A DNA stretch of 50,992 bases from Hydrurus foetidus (taxonomy: Eukaryota): NCBI GenBank assembly GCA_900617105.1, contig UYFQ01000406.1, forward strand, positions 1-50,992, written 5' to 3'. Numbering within the stretch: position 1 is the first letter of the stretch; each line of letters starts with the position of its first letter. This document shows, one piece after another, positions 1 to 12,732 of this stretch. Below the pieces are notes generated by a model. That model did no database searches. It was not told where the DNA came from and worked only from the letters and a program-made list of their open reading frames with translations. Made by a program: the position numbers and the translations under genes.

Positions 1-600
1 CGTTTGTTGCGATTATCGTTATTGTATTGACGTTGGTTAGTATCGTGGCGTTGACGGTTATCGTAACGATTACCGTCATCACCGTCTTCGCTGCCACCCT
101 GTTGATTCGGAGTGGGCGGATAGTCGCCCGTTGCATCTCCTTCAACGGGGTTATTCCGACGAGTTGAGTTGTCGTAACTGTCGAGGCCCCGACGACGGAG
201 AGATCGTTGCGGGGGTGAATCTATACGGTGGCGAGGGTAGTATCGCCGTCGTCATCATCCCGGTCAGGGCTGCCATTATGGCGTGTTTGTTGACGGTAAG
301 CGTCTGACGAACGCAACGTGACATTGTCATGTTGTCGCGTTGCGTGAACGTCGTCGTTGTCGTCGATATTACGACTAGGCGGCGCCTGATTGGAACTGTT
401 TGTAGGTCCCAGTATTGTTACTGGGAATACCGGTCGATCAGTTCCCTCAGACGCCGCTGCTACTGTCGGCGGTGCTGGTGTCGACTGAGTTTTTGAAACA
501 GTCGTCGCTGCCGGAATTAATTGAGTGGTTATTTCGGCGAGCGACGGCGATATCTCCGAGGAGTCGTCGGATAACGGTATCGTTAGATGACTTATGTCAT
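1..600 (-). pseudogene. Low-complexity gag N-terminal region (frameshifted)
   Basis: Minus-strand reading is open in two pieces (..SDDSSEISPSLAEITTQLIPAATT.. and ..PPTPNQQGGSEDGDDGNRYDNRQR..) with a frame change near 245. It lies directly downstream of the LTR and leader. Confidence 0.45.
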
Positions 601-887
601 GACAATTTTAAATAGCGGGAGTAGCCAAAAAAAATTTGCAAGGGCTTCGCCTCATGCCGTTTGGATGAAAATCAAACAGGCAGTTAGGAGAAGCAGAATA
701 AGTCAAGCAGGTTCTGGACGGATGAGTGAATCAATCCGGACAAAATAAGTCGGGATTGGGAGACTTGCTCGACAAATAACGAGAACGGCGTGGAAGACCA
801 AGCTATCCACTGACGTCAGCCAAGCAAAGCTTGTGGCGAGAGATGGGCAGAAGTTAACGGAGTTAACTCTGCACAAAAATTTGGGTC

Positions 888-1230
888 TGCTGAGATGAAA
901 CTCAAGCAACCACAAGGCAGCCAAGTATCGGGAGAGAAGTCTCAACCCGAGAGACTAAGTTTACGGCAACCAGACCTCGGAGACTTGCTCGCGATAGTAA
1001 GAATTGCTCGCAAACGAGAATGTCGAATAGAATTCGAGATTATCCAAGCAGGTAATCGGCATGGGATTGCTGAGATGAAACCCGAGCAACCACAAGATAG
1101 TCAGGTATCGGGAGATTCCGAGTGACTAAGTTACGGCGACCAGACTTCGGAGACCTGCTCGCGATAGTAAGAATTGCTCGCAACGAGAATGTCGAATAAA
1201 AATTCGAGATTCTCCACGCAGGTAATCGGG
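888..1230. repeat. Two imperfect ~180-bp tandem units in the family C leader
   Basis: GCTGAGATGAAAC..GCAACCACAAG at 888 and 1068; GCTCGCGATAGTAAGAATTGCTCGCAA at ~987 and ~1157. Confidence 0.85.
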
Positions 1231-1320
1231 CGAGTTAGGGCAAGCAGGGTAGTATAGAGGATGGCAGCTTAGAGTAGGAGGATGGGTCTAAAGAAGAGAA
1301 ACCAAAGGAAGTAGATCTAC

Positions 1321-1527
1321 TGTGACCTTGGAAGGCAAAAGAGAAGGGAAGTCTAAAGGCTAAAAGGAGCTAATTAGTTAGGGATGCAACAGAAGGTACG
1401 CTAGTAACTTCTGCAAAGCAGCACAAACTAGCTAGTGACTGATAGTCGTGGCTGTGAACACGAAGGTACTAAGGTGGAAACAGCATCTAATCGGCTGAAT
1501 GGGGTAGCAGACCCTGAGGGAGCCACA
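1321..1527 (-). repeat. 5' LTR, gypsy family C
   Basis: TGT...ACA termini; near-identical to 44579-44786. Confidence 0.9.
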
Positions 1528-2091
1528 CCTGTTAAGGATGAAGGAAGAACTTCCTGTCGACCAAAAGACGTCCTTAGACTAATCTGATGTCGCTAGCAGT
1601 GGAACCGGTGTCCAAATTGCTATTGAAGAACTCCTTAATTTCGAGTTGGGAAGCCTCTCGCGACTTCGACTAGAAACGAACTTTTGAAGACACCTTTCGG
1701 AGGGTTTCAAGCAGGAAGCGGCTACGCCAAACTCCAGTAAACTTAAACTAAGTTCTCGGAGCTTCGGGCTCAACGAGAAAACGACTCCTCGGAAGTCGTG
1801 GAGTGAATCTACTCCTTTGGAAGTCTATCTAAAGTTTGGGACAAGTAGATAGGTAGAGAAAGATACGAAGAAGGATGAGCGGGAATAGCGCTATTATGGC
1901 TCGGGATGGGAAAGGAAGAGGCGGAAGACTAGAAGTGGTAGTTAGTTACAGCTATGGTGCTAGAAGCTAGGGTTAACTTCTACGTGGAGGCTGTAAGTGG
2001 CTACGACGATACAACAGACTGTAGTGTACGGTGGGTAGTGTACCGTAGTACTATCCGGTAGGATCGGGACCTTCGACCCGTAACTACCACA
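1528..2091 (-). mobile_element. Gypsy family A 5' LTR (1895-2091) plus proximal leader
   Basis: Reverse complement closely matches 46081-46640 (LTR and leader of the plus-strand family A element). Confidence 0.9.
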
Positions 2092-2417
2092 TCATCGAAT
2101 ATCTATAAATGTAACCGTTACTAAATACCTATCCTTTTATGAGATGTTTTGACTCGAATACAATCGGATTAAAAGCAAATTTTAAAAGAGTGTGAATTAT
2201 CGTTTCGTTTCGCATATATATAACTGTCGTGTCATCGAATATCTATAAATGTAACCGTTACTAAATACCTATCCTTTTATGAGATGTTTTGACTCGAATA
2301 CAATCGGATTAAAAGCAAATTTTAAAAGAGTGTGAATTATCGTTTCGTTTCGCATATATATAACTGTCGTGTCATCGAATATCTATAAATGTAACCGTTA
2401 CTAAATACCTATCCTTT
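2092..2417. repeat. 140-bp tandem repeat, ~2.3 identical copies
   Basis: Unit TCATCGAATATCTATAAATG... starts at 2092, 2232 and 2372. Confidence 0.95.
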
Positions 2418-2487
2418 TTTGAGTTCTTCTGAAGGTGATAGTAGGAGTGCTGGCCGGCAGCGGTGGCCGACTACGAAAACATCTCAT

Positions 2488-2592
2488 TGGCCGACTTTCG
2501 ATGGCCGACTTTCGATGGCCGACTTTCGATGGCCTACATCGATGGCCGATGGCCGACTTTCGGTGGCCGACTCTCGATGGCCGATGGCCGAC
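2488..2592. repeat. 14-bp/7-bp minisatellite (ATGGCCGACTTTCG)n
   Basis: Repeated TGGCCGACTTTCGA and TGGCCGA units; explains several spurious ORFs at 2401-2739. Confidence 0.9.
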
Positions 2593-2987
2593 AATATCAC
2601 CATTGGCTGACTGGCCGGGCCGAAGTGAGATATGGCCCCGGCCACCAGCCCTAAGAATGACCCTATGGTAGGCGAACCCAGAACGCAGATGCAAACGGTC
2701 CGCGGCGGTTACGCTTTTGTCTTCGTCTACAGAAAGCATGTCGAAGCTCGAGCTCGGAGTCTGAACTGAACTGAACTTACAACGACTTCGTTAAGAAGTC
2801 TGGTCACGAATAAAGAATTCACTATCCCACAACAACCATGAGGCTGCAGCCGCAAACACCGCCACTACACAAAAATATTTGCATGACCATGCGAATCTGG
2901 ATGACGAAAGCCAATTATCTCTACCTAACTAAAAAGGAATAGCTGAAATACATAAATTGCAATTCTACATCTACTATTGCTTCTGCT

Positions 2988-5900
2988 ATGCTGAGCTCAA
3001 ACGAAGCTTACAATTCAAGCCTTCCAAATGTGCCAGGCATGCTGACACACAAAGATTCTTGGGTCTATGTAAGTCAACTTCCAGTCATCGAAGGAGCGAT
3101 TCTGGGCTATAACTGATTGTGCAATAACGCTTTTCAACGATGTACAGCGGAAAATAGACGGATTTAAGAAAGCTAATAAGCCTCACGACTCCACAATGTT
3201 GAGCTGTCGATATGCAACGGCATCGCCCTATGATAGGCAGAATAGTCATCCTCGGCCAGCTACTGCCTCCATTATACCAGATCGCACTTCGACTCTCATT
3301 CCTGTACTGGAGCAACAGCATGGATTCCATCTGCGAGAATCATCAAGTGGGTACTTTATGCCAATGATGATGCAGACCGGAACTTTCTTCAACAGTCGCC
3401 CACAGACAGCATCATCAGCGAATAGAAGGGTGAACACCATAGAAAGAACAGGTGGACTAAAGTTTCAAGAAGCCCAAACGGTCCCCTATGAGACGAGGAA
3501 CATTGCGAACGTAGCACCCTTTGTTGAAACTGAAAAGGTTGTTGCCCGATTCTATGGATACTTTAAATTCGATCGAATTTTTGACCTGGACAGCGTTCTC
3601 GGCCCTGCCGGAGTAAACGCAGCAGACTGCAGATACATCACTATCTTGTTCTTCATGGAAGACAATACCTGTGAAATCATCGAAAAAAGGCAACTGAATT
3701 CGGGTGAGCTGATTTGCTGTAGGTGGTTGTATTTGTGTATAAGCACCGAAGCGCACATGCTCATCCGCTGCACATCACGACAGGTATTCAAGGTGGTCTG
3801 TTCTTCGCGAGGGGGAAGACGATGAAGAGCTGCGGGTCACCCCTCCTGATCAGGGATCTCGCTCCCGGCAACATCGTGAATATCTTGGGCAGAGAGATCT
3901 TTGTTTCTGATGCTGATAAGTTTACGAGGGATTATTTCAGGTATTGGATAACGCAAATCCCCCTCAATGCAATTTAATTGGTGGGTCCAATCCAATCCTG
4001 AACACTAGATCAATTTTATTCAATCCTCTCCTTTCGTTAGGCGGCAATTGCTGCTGGTGCTGCCCCCTGCCCTCACCGGACCCGACCCCATGCGCCTCGA
4101 TCAGAGCGCGCAGCAAGCAACCGGACTGGGATTTCAGCGCACCAACAACCTGTCAAAAAACAATTTTGGTGTTCGGTCAAGTGATTATTTGCACAAGAAA
4201 GCGGACAACGAGATAAGCAGAAGGTTCCTAGACTTTGACGGCAGATCTCTTCGTTTCATTTGCATAGACGCTCCCGGCTCCAAGCAGGCCAGCATTGCCC
4301 CAGACGCACAGATTGTAATCAATGAGACAACAGGCGAATACGAGCTCATAGTGGAGCCCTCCACAAAGAAATTTGTTTTCGAATATTTTTTAAGCGACAG
4401 CAGTATAGAGATACGCATTCAAAAGGGCAGGAGCAACATGAATCTGGACAACTGGCTGCTCTTGAAAAAGTGTTGTCTGCCGTGCAATTGGGAGGACGTG
4501 CAAAGAGGCGTGACTCCCTTGTACTTCGACCCGTCAAACCTGAGGGTGGGGAGCGTGGTGGACGTATACAGTAGGAAGTTTCTCTTATTGGAGTGCGATC
4601 AAGCAGCCAGTGAGTATTACCGCGCACAAGGCATCCCCCAGGAAATTGTCAAATTGGTGACTGTGGAGGAGCACATCGTGCATGAGATCCCCAGACAGGG
4701 GGACGGGTTCCTCCCTATAGGGGGGCCCGAAGATACCCTCTCAACCGTGTTCGGTCAGCCTCACGTGTCCAAGATGGACAAGAAGTCGAAGTCGATTTCT
4801 AAGAGTCAGAGCAGGCAGTTGCGCTGCAAGATCAAGATTATGTCCAAGAGCAGCATCGACAGCTCGAGGCCTCTTCAACTGATATTCTATCTTGCTGACG
4901 ACTCTCTGCAGATATACGAAGAAGTGGTGCGCAACTCAGGTATTGGTGGTGGCAACTATCTCAAGAGGGGTCGCTACATCAACAGTCTGCCCCCTTCAGG
5001 CGAGGAGCCGAGGAGGTTTAGGCCCACGGACATATTCCTGGGCAACGTGTTCTGCATCAACGGACAGGAGATGCAAGTCGTCAACATGGACCTGGGCACC
5101 TTGCAGTATTGCGAGGCCAACGCTTCAGACTATCCCATGAGCGACACATTCAAGATCATGCTCCGTATGGAGGAGCTGATAACACGATCTCGCCTGGACC
5201 TGCGAGAGAGCTTCATGGCACTGGACTCCTGCCAGGAAGGATGGCTGAACGAAGCGATCTTCGTGTCAGCCTTGGATAGGTGGGGACTCACGGCACAGCT
5301 GAATGATCAGGAACTTATATCCATTCTCAGGCGCTTCCAAGTGGCAACATCCACCTCTTCTTCTTCCTCATCAGATCGATATTTGTACAACGAAATGTGC
5401 GACCTTATTTCCCACATCCACGTCTCTGAAAACGGTCAAACGAAGTCAAGGGGGCTGTCAGTAGATGGCCTCCACAACCTGCTGAGAACACTCCGGGTAA
5501 AACCCACTCAGTGGCGCAGAGCAATCCGCAAGGAAGGCATCAGCCATGACGGCTACATCACTGTCGCTAACCTAACTGCATTGTTGCATAAATGTTCCGT
5601 GTTCTTGACAAAGGAAGTCAAGGAGCTCTTACGGGAAAGCTACTCCACCTTTCCTCCCAGCAGCAGTGGGGAGGAGATGAAAGACAACGGAAGTGGCGCA
5701 GTTAGACAAAGAGGTGTGTCCTCATCAAAGATTGTGGAGAAGTATACAGCGCGCGTGCTTGGTGTGAATGCGAAAGTCACCTCGTCTAATCTGCCGAAGG
5801 GCTGCAATCTCGGGGCTACTAGACGGCTCCTGTCGACTCACACAGCGACAGCAGCAGCTGGAGGGACGAGCTCTCGTGTGGACCTCAGGTCACAGCTCCG

Positions 5901-6304
5901 TCTGACTCAGTCGCTGTCACAGTCACTGCCGAGGGGTGCAGCTGCTACTGCCGGTGATGCCCTCCTAGGAACTATGTTGCTCAGCCGTATTGAAAGTCCA
6001 GAAGTGGGAAGCACACAGACTGCACTCTAAGCTGCCATCGTGCACAGGAGGCAGCAACTCATGAGGTGAGCGACTAACTCCTCCGCCGACTTGCATATCC
6101 CACCATTTATATGCATGTTGTTGCTTCGCATTTACTGTGCACGATGTTCTCTCTGTCGCAAGGTCCGTGCTGCGGTCTGACCGACAGGACATTAACAGCT
6201 GGGCAGAGCCAGAGTCGGTCGCTGAAGACGAAGGTGATGACAAGACGGACTTCATTAATTACGAGCTGCTTTGCAACGACATTTATGTTTGCGATTGGGC
6301 CTAA
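2988..6304 (+). CDS. EFHC1: EFHC1/Rib72-like axonemal protein (three DM10 domains plus EF-hand-like region); exons 2988-3068, 3148-3703, 3784-3940, 4041-6065, 6163-6304; in-frame TAA at 6028-6030
   Basis: N-terminal SLPNVPG; DM10 motifs (ILFFMEDNTCEIIEKRQLNSGIQGGLFFARG; YFLSDSSIEI; IFYLADDSLQIYEEVVRNSGIGGGNYLKRGRY); four GT-AG introns with consistent phases. EFHC1 versus EFHC2 cannot be resolved by eye. Confidence 0.85.
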
Positions 6305-6686
6305 TGACTCAAAAGAAGTGTGCGCGTGCGTTACTTGATGCTCTTTAATTGGCGTTAGTAACGAGAGGTGCTAGTAAAGAAGTGACACATCAACTTCTCA
6401 TCGTCTGATTTAGTCGGCGCAGCTCCAAGCGGATTCTTCTGGATCGTGCGTAAACGTGTGTTAATAACTTGTAATTGCTGATCGGTGAGTTGACTGTTGT
6501 CGTATTATAGAACAGGGCAGAACGGAGCAGAGTGACACTGCAAGAACTCATCCGATCGTAGGGAGAGATAAGTTCAGAAGCTGCAGATCGATAAAAGCAG
6601 TCGAGGGACTCACTGTCAACAAATTTGTCAATGGTTCCTGTCTGTGAGCAGCACAGCACTCTCCTTCCTCTCTCGATTTAACCGTC

Positions 6687-7626
6687 CTAATTCTTCGTAG
6701 TTGAAAGTCGATAAGTGAAAGAGCCACAGGGGGTAGACACATCCTTCAGCAGCTGAACACCTAAGCAGTCGTACAGATGGAATTTCAGGCCAAGTGGAGA
6801 TTTGACACCTTTTTTCTTCAGCTCTTTTTCGGAGATTTCTTTATAGCGAGTGTTCTTTATCATGCCCTGGATATACATGCGCCAAACGAGAATCAGAGAC
6901 AACCCCAAGTTATTTCGAGTTTGAGAGCATTGTTACCGTGATGTCCTTCCTGGTCGAATAGATCCACTGACGCAACGTACGCAGTATGGGGTGCGAGAAC
7001 CATAATACTTTGGAAGTGCTTGAGAAGTTGTCAGTTCTTCTGCTCAAGAATCCAACGGCAATCAGTTCTTCGACATTTTCAGGAGATAAATGTGGATCAG
7101 ACTTCGAGTTTTTTCCCGCGCTTCCGCAGTTTCCCCTGCTAGAAGAAACTGGGGAAACTGCGAGCAATTCAGATTCAAGAATACTCAACTTTTCAAGGTA
7201 TCTGTGAGCGATGGGAATGAAGCGTTGGAGACTCAACCGCAGAGTGCTGTGCGCTGGTGCTGAGGCTGACATTTCAATCAAGTCAGATTTATAGTCCTCG
7301 GATGACATCAAAAATTGTGACTCCTTGATAGCTGCTGCCGAATTTAATTCAAACTGCAGCAGCCTTATGCCACCGTTTCTCCGCAAGAGCAGGATTTCAG
7401 AGTCGACAGAAGTCTTGTTGGAAAGAACTGAATAAATCTGGTGTACCAGTGCTCCCTTACAAAGACGGTGAATGATTTGACACTGAATGATAAGACTGAC
7501 AGCGGCCTCAGTATCAGTTATGTTGTAGTCATAGTCATCGTCGTTTCCTGCTTCATCTTTCGCGGTGATGCTGCTGTTTACAATATCCGCGATTTTCCTT
7601 TTTGTTCCGCACAAACTCATCGACAT
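6687..7626 (-). CDS. STK19: STK19-like protein; exons 7626-6937 and 6866-6687
   Basis: Motifs HQIYSVL..KTSVD, LIAVGFL..R, WFSHP, YKEISEKEL, LGLKFHLYDCLG..L..VSTPCG; phase-0 GT-AG intron 6936-6867. Confidence 0.85.
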
Positions 7627-7728
7627 TGAAAGTTGCCAGTAGAAGTATCACGTTACTTAAAATTAAATGTGAAGGACTCAACAGGGCGGCGCAGTCTTGG
7701 ATTAATTAATCAGGTCGGATTGGATTTC

Positions 7729-9128
7729 TGTTGGATATAGCATATTATAGCTATCCCTATGGGGACAATCCCTTTGGGGGAATTCCCTTTGGGTAATATC
7801 ATTCAAGCCCAAGTGGAGGAGCGAGGGTAGCGCTCACAGACCCGAGACCATCACTCAAACTGTACTGAAAGTTGCAACTGATGATGACTGTGAACAGCCA
7901 ACTGTAGCTAGTATAGCTAGCCATGAACTGCTATGTTTTGACACAATGAGCGCTTCTAATTAAAAGAGACTATATGGCTGTGTGCCATTATACCTACACT
8001 AGAGTGAGCTGTTGAAGCGACCTTGGTCGACTAGCTGAAAGCAAAGTGTGTTCTAAACGAATCACTGCTATCAACCAGGTGCTTTGACTGGATCCAGGAT
8101 CCAAAAGACAGCCTTATTCCAAGATAATTAGAAGCCGCTAGCTAGCTCAGAATGAGTCAGCGAGGCGAGAAAGGCGCTGCCCAATCGAAATCCGAGAAGG
8201 GTGAAAAGTGCGAAAGTTCAGCAATCGCAGATGGCTTGAGGCCAGAAAGTTTGCCTGAGATAACCCACAACGGGTGGAAAGAGTGGGACGACACCATGTT
8301 GAAACTGAAAGAGTACATGAGAATCAACTTTCAGGACCTCCAGACCATATGTCCAGACCCCATGCTGCTCACTATTAGACCTGCCTACAAGGTTTACGAT
8401 TTCAAACCGCCCAACTTCACATTGCTGGAATCCTTCACTGAAATCACGGATCCGGAGGGATATCGAGCAAAGATGATGATGAATGACATCAATACCGACA
8501 GAGCATTAGTGAACAAAAGGAGAATGCAGCAGATGAATGACCGTGAATCGGCATACCGACTGATTCGTACGATGTGTTCATCATCGCTCAACGCGATTCT
8601 GACAGTAAAAGCGGAATTCATAGCAGTCGAACTCGACGATTCACTTAAACTACTCGAAGTTATCAAGTCAGTTGTTACATCAAGATGTGATGGCAATCAG
8701 GAATTTGAGCGGTCCCAGGCCCTACGAGACTGGTACACGCTGACTATGAGTACGGGTGAAGACATCGTACCGTACGGACGACGTGCGGTCAAGCTTTTCG
8801 ATCGACTCGCTGCAACAGGAGTACCAGAAGCGCAGATTCCAAATGCTGTCCAACAAGCGACAAAGCTAATTGAGGGGTTGAGTAGTACCTCACAGGTCTA
8901 CCATGACTACAAAAACTACCTCAGCAATTATTTGGAGTGTAACAAGATCGACATTTATCCGAAGACCCTCATGGAGGCTATTAATGGAGCAACAAGATTC
9001 CATCGTGGGGTGAAAGGTAGTGCATTGCAATCAGCGATAGTGACTCACCATACGGCACTTGCAGCAAAAAACCTCACGAAACCGGGCGGTCCCCCAAAGG
9101 GCGAAAAACCACCCGCTAAAGAAAAGGC
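7729..9128 (+). mobile_element. Ty1/copia element 5' part (putative LTR ~7729-8077 plus gag), truncated by a gypsy insertion
   Basis: TGTTGGATA...TATCAACCA bounded segment followed by a gag-like ORF. LTR limits rest on the termini only; no second copy seen. Confidence 0.6.
8152..9128 (+). CDS. Copia-type Gag (truncated; the last ~15 codons of the listed ORF come from the inserted LTR)
   Basis: AYRLIRTMCS, LKLLEVIK, L.MSTGEDI..Y, IEGL and YPKTL.EA motifs typical of copia Gag. Confidence 0.7.
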
Positions 9129-9410
9129 TGTGACTCGGATGGGCAAAGAAGAGGGGAAAGACTGGAAGAGGTAGTTAGTTACAGCTAAAGGCTAGAAGCT
9201 AGGGTGAACTTCTACGTGGAGGCTGTAAGTGGCTACGACGATACAACAGACTGTAGTGTACGGTGAGTGGTGTACTGTAGTACTATCCGGTAGGATCGGG
9301 ACTTTGGACCCGGAACTACCACACTACCCCCACTTATCCTTCTTTCTCAAAGAAAATCTAAACTACACTAAACTATGGCGAAACCCCCGTTTCTTTATAC
9401 CAATATTTAA

Positions 9411-9832
9411 GAGTCACTGTCCCCAACCGTGCTCTTTTCCCCACTCAAAACGTGTTTTTTGCTTACACTCAATATTCAAAACGCGTAAAAAGTTGCAATT
9501 TAACTTTGTTTTTCAACCGGAAAGAAGATTCTGAATCGTGTTGTATAGATCTTGTAGACTGACCACAATTTGGCTCGGATGTTATCCGGCGTATTCGATT
9601 TCTGAAAACGTTTTCCGTGAAAACAATATTTTCCCGAAAAAATTTCAACCCAAATTGTGGTCAGTCTACAAGAAAATTTTACTGTGAGCACGAGGGTCAT
9701 CGACTCGAGACCCAATTCGTGGAATTGGTAATTTTATTGCGAATTGAAATTTGGGTGGCGATTTTTGGTTTGGGTGTGTTTTTCATTTTTTGTACGTACG
9801 AAAAAAAAGAGCACGACAGGCGACAGTGACTC
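9411..9832. mobile_element. 422-bp non-autonomous TIR element with TTAA TSD (Kolobok-like)
   Basis: TTAA|GAGTCACTGTC ... GACAGTGACTC|TTAA; absent from the sister 3' UTR at ~13010-13020. Confidence 0.85.
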
Positions 9833-10103
9833 TTAACTAATAATATACATGATTACGGAAAACCGAAAATCAAAAATATGTACAATATTTAACAACGCGA
9901 AAGTATATACGAAAGAAATTACGAAGGGGTTTCGGAAATCGTGAGAAAGATAAGGATAAGGGAGGATGTACAAAACAGAATCGTTCTATTGTACGAGGGT
10001 CAAACGTAATTATGTCAGATTTTTACTGATTAAAAAACCATAAAAATCCCTCGTGAGGGCAAAAATTAGGCCAAAAAATCTTCAAAAGATATTACGTTTG
10101 AGC

Positions 10104-12732
10104 TCAAACCTCGGTGGTTGATCCCTCAATATTCCTGGGAACAAAACACGACATGTTTTTGTTCCTCAGGTATACATGGAGTGCATCACAGAGCCGGAGA
10201 TTCTTCCAAGGCTCCCATGTATTATGTGAGTCATCATAGTTGAGCCATTTAACATGGAACGACATCGTAGTCGGTTTCTTTGAATCACCTGAGTGATTAA
10301 GAACTTTCTCAACGAAATACTCCATGTAATTGCGACGTGCTGTATCAGCAGATAAGCCCATCGAAGGGTCATAATTGAATATCTTAAGATTCGTTACATG
10401 TACACTATTGTGTTTATGTGTAATTAAGTTCGCGAGAACATACTCGGATCCTTCAAAGGATACAACACGGAAAGGGCCTTTCCATTTAGTGTGTAATCGA
10501 GTTGGAGGGTGTTCTTGTTTTACCAAGACATATGACCCTATAGGGAACACTGTCAAACCGGATGTCGACTTTTTGTGTTTTTCATCACCTTTTTGAAGTG
10601 AGTCGATTGCTGCATCGAGGACTTTGTCCTGTATCTTGATAAAATCAGCAATGTATGTTGAATTTGAAGATGATACTATCGGTAACAAATGAGGTGTTAA
10701 AACCCCTCTATTCAAATCAAGTTTATCCGCGAATAGGATAGATGCTGGACTTGCACCCGTACGTTTATTAACTGAACTATTTATAATTCGTTGTACGAAC
10801 GGAATGCATTTCGCATAATGGACAAGAGACGGTGTATCGAACACCAGTCCTTTTAAACGTCTATTAATCTCTTTATTGACTCGTTCAACAATTGCATTCT
10901 CCTGAGAGGAGTAAGCTAGAGTGAGGTTATGGGTCGTACCCGTAAGATCTAAGAACTCTTTTATGAGATCATTAGCGAAATGGGATCCACGATCCGATCT
11001 TATCATGTTTGGCGAACCAAAACGACCAAAATGTGTTAATAAATTCTCCGCTGCAGATTCGGCAGTAGCGTCCTTACACCAGAACATTTCTGTCCATCTG
11101 GAGAAGGTGTCAATTATGACGAGAATATACCCCTTATCGGGGAAAGGACCCACATAGTCAATATTCAACGTATCGAAGATTGCGTGAGTAGAAGTTGAAA
11201 AATGGGCCGCATTGATGTTCGCATCAATCGCACTCAGTTTTTGACAACATGGACAGTTCCGTATGTATGAACGTACGTGCTGTTTCATATTTTTCCACAC
11301 TTGGTTTAGACTGTAAAGTCGAGTGAGGGTTCGGTCGACACCGTTGTGACCCACAATTGCATTGTGGCACATCTGGATATGAAGTATTTGTTCATCTGTG
11401 GCCGGTTCGATAACCGTTAAAGCCGCCACACTTGTGGAAGAAGATGAAGATGAAGATGATGGTGAACAAACATCTCTGACAATTGTCATCGGTAGAGCAA
11501 TTTCAGTAAGATTTGGACATAAACGTGATAGCGCATCGGCTAATTCGTTATCCGATCCTTTCACAAAATGAACGGTGAAATTGAGTTCTTGCATTGCAAT
11601 GAACCACCGTGCTACCATCGAAGTAGGGTTTTGTTTCATATAAGTCAAATTCATATGATCAGTATGAATAGTGAATTTCCTATCTCGGATAAGGTAATCC
11701 AATTGTTGGCAGCAATAAAAGATAGCGTAAGCCTCCTTTTGTATTGTTGACCAATTAATCTGAGACGCAGATAGAGATTTGCTAATAAAAGCGATTGGTT
11801 TCCATTCGTCATTAACGACTTGGAATAATACACCACCGATTCCATAATCAGATGCATCAGTATACAATCTGATGGGTGAGGTTTCATCGATGAAATACAT
11901 TAATGGACAACGAGATACCGCGATCTTTGTCTCATTGAATGCGTTTGTCCCCTCGAGGGTCCAAAAAATTGGAGAGCGTTTAACCGCCTTTGGGTCCACC
12001 ATCATGTGAAGTGGTTTTACCATTTCCGAGTGAAAAGGAACGAATTGACGGAAATAATTGGCCAAGCCAAGGAATCCCCGTAATGCCGTAACTTCTTTTG
12101 GAAGTGGAAAGTTGAGAACTGTCTCAATCTTTTCTCTCGACATGGATAAACCATCTTTGTCGATGACTCGTCCAACGTATTCGATACGTTTAAGACCGAA
12201 TCGGCATTTCTTTGCTTTGAGTTTAAGATTTTAAAGTCTAAATCTCTCAAAGACTTTCCTCAAGTTCAAAAGAAACTCTGCTTCGCCCCGGCCATATACA
12301 ATGCAATCGTCGAGATACATCTCGCAACAGCTGTATATGAGACCGTGAAGAACCGTTGTCACCATCTGCTCTTGAAAGTAAGAGGGGGCACGACAAGGGC
12401 CAAAAGGCATTCTTGTGAATTGAAACACCCCCATGAAACATATAAATGCCGCATAGATTCGGTGGGGTGTATATAAAGGAGCTTGATGGTAACCCGCGGT
12501 TAAATCCATCACCCCATAAATATCCGGTTTTCGATTACCGATCCTCTCAAAGAGGTGTTTGATATTTGGTAGTGGAAAGGAGGCCGGCTCAATGCATTCA
12601 TTGAGTGCTCAATAATCGATGCAGGTTCGATATGTATTGGCTGTCTTATCTACCATTACAGGATGACTGTAGTACGCAGCGTTCGACCTCTCGATCACAC
12701 CATCCTCCAACATTTCTTCGATAGAAGTGCTG
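10104..12732 (-). CDS. Gypsy Pol: RT (YLDD, frameshifted upstream of 12143), RNase H, integrase, chromodomain
   Basis: MDLTAGYHQ, YLDD, YTDASDYGIG, EAYAI, ADALSR, HH-CC zinc finger, IDYVGP/SDRG/VER catalytic motifs, KWKGPF, VKWLNY..NTWEP. Confidence 0.95.

Larger units (their letters stand above)
1..1527 (-). mobile_element. Ty3/gypsy LTR retrotransposon family C, 5' part (5' LTR 1321-1527, leader, gag start running off the window)
   Basis: 207-bp TGT...ACA repeat nearly identical to 44579-44786, which sits next to a PPT and an integrase-chromodomain ORF. It is inserted into the leader of a family A element: the sequence resuming at 1528 matches the reverse complement of 46276-46640. Confidence 0.85.
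9129..12732 (-). mobile_element. Chromodomain gypsy element (family A-like), 3' half: 3' LTR 9129-9323, PPT, pol
   Basis: 195-bp TGT...ACA LTR preceded on the minus strand by PPT GGATAAGTGGGGGTAG. The 5' side is cut in RT by another LTR at 12733. Confidence 0.92.

Noticed and set aside
2092..2417. CRISPR-like array
   Set aside because: Contiguous identical units without spacers; eukaryotic context; no cas genes.
2401..2739. Overlapping ORFs with repeated peptides
   Set aside because: Artefacts of the 14-bp minisatellite.
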